Shown here: in pieces, positions 1-7,077 of the stretch | Position numbering within the stretch: position 1 is the first letter of the stretch | Layout: every line of letters begins with the position of its first letter | Notes under the pieces: generated by a model | The model's database searches: none | The model's input: only the letters and a program-made list of their open reading frames with translations | Told to the model about the DNA's origin: nothing | Assembly (NCBI RefSeq): GCF_006345805.1 | Contig: NW_021828035.1 | Span: 1-8,904, forward strand | Length of the DNA stretch: 8,904 bases | Origin: Octopus sinensis | Lineage: Eukaryota | Direction of reading: 5' to 3' | Made by a program: the position numbers and the translations under genes

Positions 1-123
1 AACCAGCCTTTTTAAATAATTTTTTTTTTTTTTACACAACCCCCTCCTCCTTGTCGGCTACGGGGAATACGAATCTGCCACAAAAAAAATTGGCAAAAAT
101 CGACATTTCCTGCGGATTTTTAT

Positions 124-885
124 TGGTACTTAATTTTTCGACCCCGAAAGGATTGAAAGGCAAAGTCGACCTCGGCGGAATTTGAACTCAGAACGTAACA
201 GGGGCAGACGAAATACCTATTTCTTTGTGGTGCACCTGAGCACTTGTGGTGCACCTGAGCACTGTATACAATAATTTCATTATTATATTATTTTACTACC
301 CACAAGGGGCTAAACACAGAGGAGACAAACAAGGACAGACAAAGGGATTAAGTCGATTATATCGACCCCAGTGCGTAACTGGTACTTATTTAATCGACCC
401 CGAAAGGATGAAAGGCCAAGTCGACCTCGGCGGAATTTGAACTCAGAACGTAACGACAGACGAAATACCTATTTCTTTATTACCCACAAGGAGCTAAACA
501 TAGAGGGGACAAACAAGGACAGACATAGGTATTAAGTCGATTATATCGACCCCAGTTCGTAACTGGTACTTAATTTATCGACCCCGAAAGGATGAAAGGC
601 AAAGTCGACCTCGGCGGAATTTGAACTCAGAACGTAATGGCAGACGAAATACCTATTTCTTTACTACCCACAAGGGGCTAAACACAGGGGACAAACAAGG
701 ACAGACATAGGTATTAAGTCGATTACATCGACCCCAGTGCGTAACTGGTACTTAATTTATCGACCCCGAAAGGATGAAAGGCAAAGTCGACCTCGGCGGA
801 ATTTGAACTCAGAACGTAACAGCAGCAGACGAAATACGGCTACGCATTTGGCCCGGTGTGCTAACGACTCTGCCAGCTCGCCGCC
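124..885 (-). mobile_element. tRNA-derived SINE family A, tandem array: 48-bp head (838-885) + units 653-837, 469-652, 217-468 and partial 124-216
   Basis: Minus strand starts GGCGGCGAGCTGGCAGAGTCG with an A-box-like TGGCAGAGTCG (865-875) and a B-box-like GAGTTCAAATTCC (798-810). The ~184-bp unit repeats with B boxes at 177-189, 432-444, 616-628 and 798-810. Junctions at 216/217, 468/469 and 652/653 all read AAATAG|GTATTT on the sense strand. Assignment to octopus SINEs is from recall. Confidence 0.9.
227..294 (+). mobile_element. 68-bp insertion in SINE unit 3; probable 5'-truncated non-LTR 3' end with (ATT)n-like tail
   Basis: Absent from the other units, which read TTCTTT-ACTACC/ATTACC. 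Carries an exact 19-bp tandem duplication TGTGGTGCACCTGAGCACT (226-244, 245-263) and ends in CATTATTATATTATT. Confidence 0.55.
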
Positions 886-930
886 TTTACCAATACTTAT
901 ACCGAAGTTACGCCGAAAAAGAAAAAAAAA

Positions 931-1007
931 CACTAGCCCGAAGTTCCACGCTGTGGGATTGAACCCGGGACCATGTAGCTGGGAAGCAGACGTCTTCCAA
1001 CACAGCC
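931..1007 (-). mobile_element. Degenerate 5' tRNA-like head of SINE family B
   Basis: Reverse complement GGCTGTGTTGGAAGACGTCTGCTTCCCAGCTACATGGTCCCGGGTTCAATCCCACAGCGTGG aligns to the family-B heads at 7616 and 8490; B box GGTTCAATCCC at 956-966. Confidence 0.8.
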
Positions 1008-1276
1008 TGAGATATGTGTGTACCGTTACACACTCGCCCGCGCGCGCACCCACAAGTCTATACAAATGTATGTGTACACACATATATATATATTTGTAAT
1101 GCATGTATATAGGTGCATATGAATGCGTAAGTGTTTATCAGACCAGCAGTTAAGTGTAGCACTCCTTTCAGTTGCGTAAACTAGGTCATTGCTGTACTAA
1201 CATTACTAAGTACAGCTACAGTCTGCCCATCACAGTATAGGTAAGTCTATAAGTCTAAGCATGTAACATTTATATA

Positions 1277-1320
1277 ACACCACACAACACACCCACACAC
1301 CACACACACACACACACAAC
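1277..1320. repeat. Imperfect (CA)n microsatellite
   Basis: Seen directly. Confidence 0.9.
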
Positions 1321-1620
1321 ATGTGTAGGAGTTTTTGAAATGTGTGTGGCGTAATGGTCTAATTGAACTTTCTGAATATTTTTAATTTTTATCCATTTCA
1401 CTTCCTGTAACTCTTAACCAAAATTTCATTCAACAAGATGGTAACTTCTGTCGAGATCCTTGGGCCAAACTTGAAGAAGAAAAAAAAAAGCTCTTTTGAT
1501 TAACCCTCCTCCAATGAAAGAAAACCCGACAGATTGAAACGACACACCCGTATATTCGATGTGTATTGTTTTAGACGTAGGTACCCCCTAGGAAAATGGG
1601 TTTGGGTGGTTGCTACTGGA

Positions 1621-1946
1621 CGAGGTCGACTTTGCCTTTCATCCTTTCGGGGTCGATAAATTAAGTACCAGTTACGCACTGGGGTCGATGTAATCGACTT
1701 AATACCTATGTCTGTCCTTGTTTGTCCCCCTCTGTTTAGCCCCTTGTGGGTAATAAAGAAATAGGTATTTGTCGTCTGCCGTTACGTTCGAGTTCAAATT
1801 CCGCCGAGGTCGACTTTGCTTTCATCCTTTCGGTTTCGATAATTAAGTACCAGTTACGCACTGGGGTCGATGGAATCGACTTAATACCTATGTCTGTCCT
1901 TGTTTGTCCCATCTATGTTTAGCCCCTTGTGGGTAGTAAAGAAATA
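1621..1946 (+). mobile_element. SINE family A, 5'-truncated 1.8-unit multimer flanked by a target-site duplication
   Basis: Partial unit 1621-1764 + full unit 1765-1946, with the same AAATAG|GTATTT junction as the first array. Direct repeat GCTACTGGA at 1612-1620 and 1947-1955 (8-9 bp; the G may belong to the element end). Confidence 0.9.
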
Positions 1947-2653
1947 GCTACTGGAATATTCTTTATCGTAAGTAGCCAAAGTGTGGTCGATCGTGTTTAA
2001 GCAGGAAGTAAACAAATAATTATATTTAGCTTGGCCTGTCGGGCCGAGAAGCATTAATAATATATCGAGAACACACTCTATGCTACATAGACGTGAAATC
2101 GTCATTACATTATATTTTTGCCGTCTTGCAGAAAACCGTAGCTAAATCTTCCTCAATCACATCCTATTGTCTTTTTTTTTTTTTTTGGGAAAATATATAC
2201 ATACATATATACACACATGTATTATATGAGCAACCCTCTTCGGGAAGCGAGCCGCATGAGGCGTGATTCATCGTCAAATAGGCAAAAATACTAAAAAAAA
2301 AAAAAAATTAATTTTTCAGAGGGGTGAAAATTTTTCATTCAGGAATTCTCGCGGGGCCACACGTGGGCCGCAGCTCATGACAGTTGTATTTAGATATAGA
2401 CGATACTATTCCAAACTGGAATAGTTTTGAAAAGCTTCAGCGTAGAAGTCTGGGACCGATCATTGCTAATAATGGAAAGAGACTAGCACAGTTCTTACAA
2501 TAAGGAATAATAATAAAAATCAACAGGTTATATAATCAGAGACGATAAAAAAATTCGGTGGCAACTTGGTTGTAAAAACCTGATAAGCCCAGGAGAGATA
2601 AGTGACATATAGGTCAAGTAAATAAAACTTGCGTTAAAGCTAAATAGTAAAAT

Positions 2654-2701
2654 ACGAAATTTGGTGGTCGGAAAACGAAATTCTCTGGTCGGAAAACGAA
2701 A
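2654..2701. repeat. 2.3 copies of a 21-bp tandem repeat
   Basis: TGGTCGGAAAACGAAA at 2665-2680 and 2686-2701; ACGAAA(TT) recurs at 2654, 2675 and 2696. Confidence 0.85.
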
Positions 2702-2731
2702 CCTGTTGCTACGAGAAATTGGACGCGCACA

Positions 2732-3334
2732 TTATATTATATACATATATATAAAATGTATGTATGTATATGTATATATGTATGTATATATGTATGTATG
2801 TACATGTATGTATATATGTATGTATGTACATATATGTATGTATGTATATGTATGTATATATGTATGTATATGTATATGTATATATATGTATATGTATGTA
2901 TGTATGTATATATGTATGTATGTATATATGTATGTATGTATGTATATATGTATGTATATATATATGTATGTATATATATATGTATGTATGTATTATATAT
3001 AGGTATGTATATATATATGTATGTATATATTATGTGTATATATATGTATGTATTATATATATATATGTATGTATATATATATATGTATGTTTATATGTAT
3101 GTATATATTTTTATTTATGTATGGATTATTATTTATATGTATGTATATATATATGTATGTATGTATATATGTTGTATGTATATATATTGTATGTATGTAT
3201 ATATGTATGTATGTATATATATATATGTATGTATGTATATAGTATGTATGTAGATAATATATATGATGTATATATATATATATATATGTATGTTATATTA
3301 TATATATATGTATATATATATATATGTATGTATG

Positions 3335-3365
<31 letters not shown>

Positions 3366-3390
3366 GTATGTATGTATATATATATGTATG

Positions 3391-3445
<55 letters not shown>

Positions 3446-3560
3446 GTATATGTATGTATGTATGTATATGTATGTATGTATGTATATATATGTATGTATG
3501 TATATATATGTATGTATGTATATATATGTATGTATGTATATATATGTATGTATATGTATG

Positions 3561-3599
<39 letters not shown>

Positions 3600-3688
3600 G
3601 TATATGTATGTATGTATATATATGTATGTATGTATATGTATGTATGTATATATATGTATGTATGTATGTATATGTATGTATGTATATG

Positions 3689-3773
<85 letters not shown>

Positions 3774-3858
3774 GTATGTATATGTATGTATGTATGTATG
3801 TATGTATATCTATGTATGTATATGTATGTATGCATATATATATATGTATGTATACATA
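2732..3858. repeat. ~1.1-kb compound (TATG)n/(TA)n microsatellite
   Basis: Seen directly. All ORFs in 2661-3957 are Y/M/C/V/I or H/T/Y/I homopolymer-like translations of this repeat. Confidence 0.97.
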
Positions 3859-3912
3859 CACTACCGTCAGAAATTAATTAGCACCCTTGATTTGCTCTTC
3901 ACTCAAGGTATT

Positions 3913-3931
3913 TGCTGTCACCTAGTGGCCA
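3913..3931 (-). promoter_or_regulatory. CTCF-like motif in the Tc1 left subterminal region
   Basis: Minus strand TGGCCACTAGGTGACAGCA; one core deviation from the familiar CCACTAGGTGGCAG form. Motif match only. Confidence 0.35.
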
Positions 3932-4239
3932 TATCTCGAACTATTGCTTTGTTGTGAGTTCACTGTTGTGCAGAACGAGACCGTAACTTTGTTTGCAGAG
4001 CCAGTTTGAGAGTCTACAGCCTAATGATGTGTGGACATAGCAGTGCCAACAACAACTTTGAGTGCGGATGCAGACAAATCTTCCTTTGTTTAATAGATAT
4101 AGGTGTAGCGCCTCGCAAGGACCGAAATCACAGTTACTAAGTTTTCTCATCGCGTAAGACGTTTTGAACAGCTCGTAGGTAATTGATTTGTGTATTAGCA
4201 AGATTTTTTTCCTCACAAATTCTCCTACGCTCTGCTTGA

Positions 4240-4247
4240 TGACGTCA
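4240..4247. promoter_or_regulatory. Perfect CRE/ATF palindrome TGACGTCA upstream of the transposase
   Basis: Seen directly; function untested, and an 8-mer can occur by chance. Confidence 0.25.
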
Positions 4248-4286
4248 CTTCGGTTCACAAAAACTTTCTGTTATACATCAAATAAG

Positions 4287-4412
4287 GTGAGAATTCTGCT
4301 TTCTTTCTTTTTGTTTAATGATAATAAACTCATAGCAGTTTTGTTATAGCATAACATTATTCAAATAAATAGTTTTAATGAAAATAACTGGTTTTTTATC
4401 GTTCATTCCTAG
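4287..4412 (+). other. Probable 126-bp spliceosomal intron immediately before the transposase ATG
   Basis: Donor AAG|GTGAGA, very AT-rich interior, branch-like AATAAC about 25 nt upstream of the acceptor, pyrimidine tract TTTTTTATCGTTCATTCCTAG|ATG. Confidence 0.6.
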
Positions 4413-5378
4413 ATGTGCCAAGGACCTCGCATGACCTTGGAGAGACGGTACGAGGTCTCTCGTGGCGTGGGAAGCTGTCGGAGGCTGCAATAGCCAGAAA
4501 ATTGGTTGTAGCCAGGCGCACAATTCAGTGCTTATTTAAGAAATACGAGGAAACCAGATCAGCAGCTGACAAAAAAGGGTAGGGGATGGAAGGCTGACGA
4601 ACCCAGCAGAGAGGACCAGATGCTGATCCAAAAGTCACTGTACAACCGAAGGGCAACGAGCCGGCAACTGGCGCGAGGAGATGCAAAGATGACAGGAAGC
4701 AGTTGTCTACAACCACCGTCAAGACCAGATTACTGGAAGCCGCTCCTTACAGCCCAAAACCGGAAGAGGCGGCTGCTCTGGGCCCGTGCCCAAAAGACAT
4801 GGACCGTGCAGCAGTGGCAGACAGTGATACTTCACTGACGAGTCGCGATTCAGTCTCGTCAGTGACAAGCCTGTCATGTGCGACGCTGCAGGGTGAGCGC
4901 TTCAACAAAGACGCATTGCTTCCACCATGAAGCATGGTAGGGGTGGTCTGATGGTGTGTGGGGGCGTTCAGCTACAGTGGTGTTGGGCGGCTCTATGCCG
5001 TCGAAGGCAACATCAAGCAGCAAAGTGCGTTGAGAGGTACGGGATACCTCTTGGTGGCGAGGGAGTACGTGCTCCAGCAGGACAACGCGCCTTCCCACAC
5101 AGCCAAGCTCACAAACGGTTTCTTCAAGGACCATGGGGTGACGGTCATGGACTGGCCTGGCCAGTCACCTGACCTGAACCCTATTGAGAACCTCTGGAGT
5201 CGATTGGGTAGGGATTTGAATTGAATGTGCAGCAATACAGGAACCGACACGAGCTGTTTGGGGCACTTCTTGCTGCATGAGGGGCCATCCCTGCACAGTA
5301 CCTGCAGGCACTCATAGACAGCATGCCGACCGCGTAGCAGCTGTCATTGCTGCCAAAGGAGGAGCAACAAGATATTGA
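4413..5378 (+). pseudogene. Tc1-type DD34E transposase pseudogene (multiple frameshifts, stops and deletions)
   Basis: Stitched frames give: HTH LSEAAIARKLVVARRTIQCLFKKYEET, GRGWK (degenerate GRGRK), TTVKTRLLEA, KPLLTAQNRKRRLLWAR, FTDESRF (D at 4837), WGAFSYSGVG-like segment, QQDNAPSH (D at 5081), WPGQSPDLNPIENLW (E at 5186; 34 residues between D and E), and C-terminus IDSMP..VAAVIAAKGGATRY* (TGA 5376-5378). Confidence 0.95.
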
Positions 5379-5652
5379 CTAAATTTCACGATTAATAACA
5401 ATTATGTGGTGTGCTGGGATATGTATTAATTAATTTTTGATTAAAAACGAGTTCGTTTCTGATAATAAGTTAATTAAATTAAGAAAATGTAAGAAAATGT
5501 AGAAATTTGAGAAGTGCTAATTAATTTCCGACGCAAGTGTATATATACATGTATATATATATATATATATGAATGCAGTGTGACAGGTGTTTGTAATCCA
5601 TTTAAGAAACACACAAAACCCGTTCAATTCACTTAAACATTTAAGTTTAATT

Positions 5653-5698
5653 TGTCAAAATATTTTCGTCGCTAAAATCCGCGACCTTCTCACTGACA
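5653..5698 (-). ncRNA. Degraded hammerhead-like motif (mirror copy)
   Basis: TGTCA-GTGAGAA-G-GTCGC/GCGAC-GAA-AATATT-T-TGACA. The core has G3/A8, which cannot pair, so it is probably inactive. Confidence 0.4.
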
Positions 5699-5717
5699 CA
5701 AAATCCGTGCGCATCTC

Positions 5718-5765
5718 TTGTCAGTGAACAGGTCGAGGATTTAGCGACCGAAAATATTTTGACAA
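5718..5765 (+). ncRNA. Type I minimal hammerhead ribozyme candidate with swapped G3-C8 core
   Basis: Stem I TTGTCA(5718-5723)/TGACAA(5760-5765); core GUGAACA (5724-5730); stem II GGTCG/CGACC (5731-5735/5745-5749); G12A13A14 at 5750-5752; palindromic stem III AAUAUU (5753-5758); H17=U5759. Predicted cut 5759/5760. Confidence 0.65.
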
Positions 5766-5904
5766 ATTAAACTTAAATGTTTAAGTGAATCGAACGGGTT
5801 TTGTGTGTTTCTTAAATGGATTACAAACACCTTCCACGCTGCAATTGTTTTCGTTTCAGCACACGATCTCAGATCAAATCACTTGCTATGCAAGTACATC
5901 TCCC

Positions 5905-5930
5905 TATATATATATATATATATATATATA
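5905..5930. repeat. (TA)13 microsatellite
   Basis: Seen directly. Confidence 0.95.
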
Positions 5931-6228
5931 ATTATATGATACGTAATTTGTCTGTCTATCTATCTATTTATCTATCTAAAATATAGCTTCTGTTGAAATA
6001 GGTACTTAAATTGAGGTACATCGCTAGATCAGAATAATCTATCAAACTTCGTACACAAGTAGCAGCCGGTGGGGCGGTATTTTTTGATCTACTGTAGGCA
6101 ATGTGTGTCTTTTTGTGGGGTCCGGAGACAGCAAACGGAAGGTGGCCGCCCTGGGCGGCACACACTCTAGCTACACTAGTGCTGGCCGGATGATATTCCT
6201 GCAGTATCTGTAGACAAACGCAGCTTTT

Positions 6229-6790
6229 GGATCTTTTCGGTTTGAACGGCAGTTTTCTCTAGCGGTGTCATATGAAATTCTCACCCATAATTATGACCCT
6301 AGAATCGATCTATTGCATTTCAATCGGTTTTAGGGTTAGGGGTGGGGGGAAGGGTATCTTTTTTTCTTCAGAAATGTAAATAAACCCAATCTGTTTCTTA
6401 AACGAGGGACATATTCATACGGCACAGAATGTTTTTTTTTTACCTCAATAGACGTCATTGATTTGTTGAAATTGCAGAAATTGAAGAAAAAAAACAAAAA
6501 TATCTTACAAACTATAGAATTTTCTCAATAAAGCCAAGAGAAAAAGATGTTTTATAAACACATTCTACCAGTATATGAAGTTTAAAAGTGTTTAGTTACC
6601 TAGAAATTATGTTAAAAATTGCCGTTCAAACCGAAAAGATCCCAAATATATTACAAACTATAGAATTTTCTCAATGAAGCCAAGAGAAAAAGATGTTTTA
6701 TAAACACATTCTACCAGTATACGAAGTTTAAAATTTTTTTAGTTACCTAGAAATTATGTTAAAAACTGCCGTTCAAACCGAAAAGATCCC
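6229..6790. mobile_element. MITE-like non-autonomous DNA transposon with one left and two right TIRs
   Basis: 28-bp TIR GGATCTTTTCGGTTTGAACGGCAGTTTT (6229-6256) is a perfect inverse of 6762-6789 and 27/28 of 6615-6642. The 3' 146/147 bp is tandemly duplicated (6498-6643, 6644-6790). No coding capacity; superfamily not determined. Confidence 0.85.
6330..6354 (+). other. G-quadruplex-forming motif beginning with two TTAGGG units
   Basis: TTAGGGTTAGGGGTGGGGGGAAGGG: four G tracts with 3, 1 and 2-nt loops. Confidence 0.6.
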
Positions 6791-7010
6791 AGCTGAGTGA
6801 AATAGTAACTTAATCATTGTAAATGCTTTTGCTCCGTGGATTTTAAGTGTTAAATCATTTAGAATGTCCTTTATTTCGAATTTCATGAATTCATCTGACG
6901 AAAACGGTTTCTTTACAATGGTGTGATATTTTCATTAATCAATTAAAGAAGCCGTTAGAAATGGCTGCAATGCATTGACATCTGTACCTCTACTGTTACT
7001 CATTTATAAG

Positions 7011-7027
7011 TATCTCTATCTATCTAC

Positions 7028-7077
<50 letters not shown>

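Larger units (their letters stand above)
3859..5539 (+). mobile_element. Tc1-family (Tc1/mariner) DNA transposon, full length (1681 bp), inactive
   Basis: 26-bp TIRs CACTACCGTCAGAAATTAATTAGCAC (3859-3884) and GTGCTAATTAATTTCCGACGCAAGTG (5514-5539), 23/26 matching. TA at 3857-3858 and 5540-5541. Internal DD34E transposase pseudogene. Confidence 0.95.
5574..5904 (+). mobile_element. Fold-back element: 125-bp inverted arms (5574-5698 / 5719-5843) plus a ~60-bp one-sided extension; probable Penelope-like pseudo-LTR with 5' inversion
   Basis: Arms about 93% identical by my manual alignment (7 substitutions, 2 indels), 20-bp spacer, flanked by (TA)n on both sides, each arm carrying a hammerhead-like motif. 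The inverted arms are seen directly; the PLE assignment is inference. Confidence 0.6.

Noticed and set aside
124-885. CRISPR-like or retrozyme interpretation of the ~184-bp repeats
   Set aside because: No unique spacers and a eukaryotic context. I found no CUGANGA or 3-8-swapped hammerhead core on either strand of the unit.
798-885. tRNA genes at the SINE heads (also 931-1007, 7450-7525, 7616-7690)
   Set aside because: A/B boxes are present, but there is no complete cloverleaf and the sequence continues into SINE bodies.
1395-1490. Possible host exon (minus-strand pyrimidine tract + AG near 1470-1490; plus-strand ATG|GTAACT at 1438-1446)
   Set aside because: No recognisable peptide or matched splice-site pair; could be an old DNA-transposon remnant. 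Needs RNA-seq.
246-2105. ORFs 246-440, 737-1099, 757-1104 and 1881-2105
   Set aside because: They lie largely within SINE copies and cross element boundaries.
2350-2373. CGCGGGGCCACACGTGGGCCGCAG resembling a hAT subterminal motif
   Set aside because: No partner TIR or TSD found in the window.
2405-2428. 9-bp perfect hairpin followed by a T run (terminator-like)
   Set aside because: Intrinsic terminators are bacterial. An isolated short hairpin in AT-rich DNA is expected by chance.
2661-3957. Long Cys/Tyr/Met-rich ORFs up to 397 aa, and His/Thr-rich ORFs on the minus strand
   Set aside because: Translations of a (TATG/TA)n microsatellite that lacks stop codons in those frames; no protein features.
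4413-5378. Functional transposase; antisense ORFs over it
   Set aside because: Several frameshifts, stops and deletions. The antisense frames are shadows of GC-richer coding sequence.
6330-6341. Interstitial telomere or chromosome fusion scar
   Set aside because: Only two TTAGGG units, internal to a MITE.
6791-6931. Start-less ~47-codon open frame on the minus strand (..VKKPFSSDEFMKFEIKDILNDL..)
   Set aside because: Only faint, ambiguous resemblance to TE proteins and no convincing donor site. A frame this long can occur by chance; tBLASTx would settle it.
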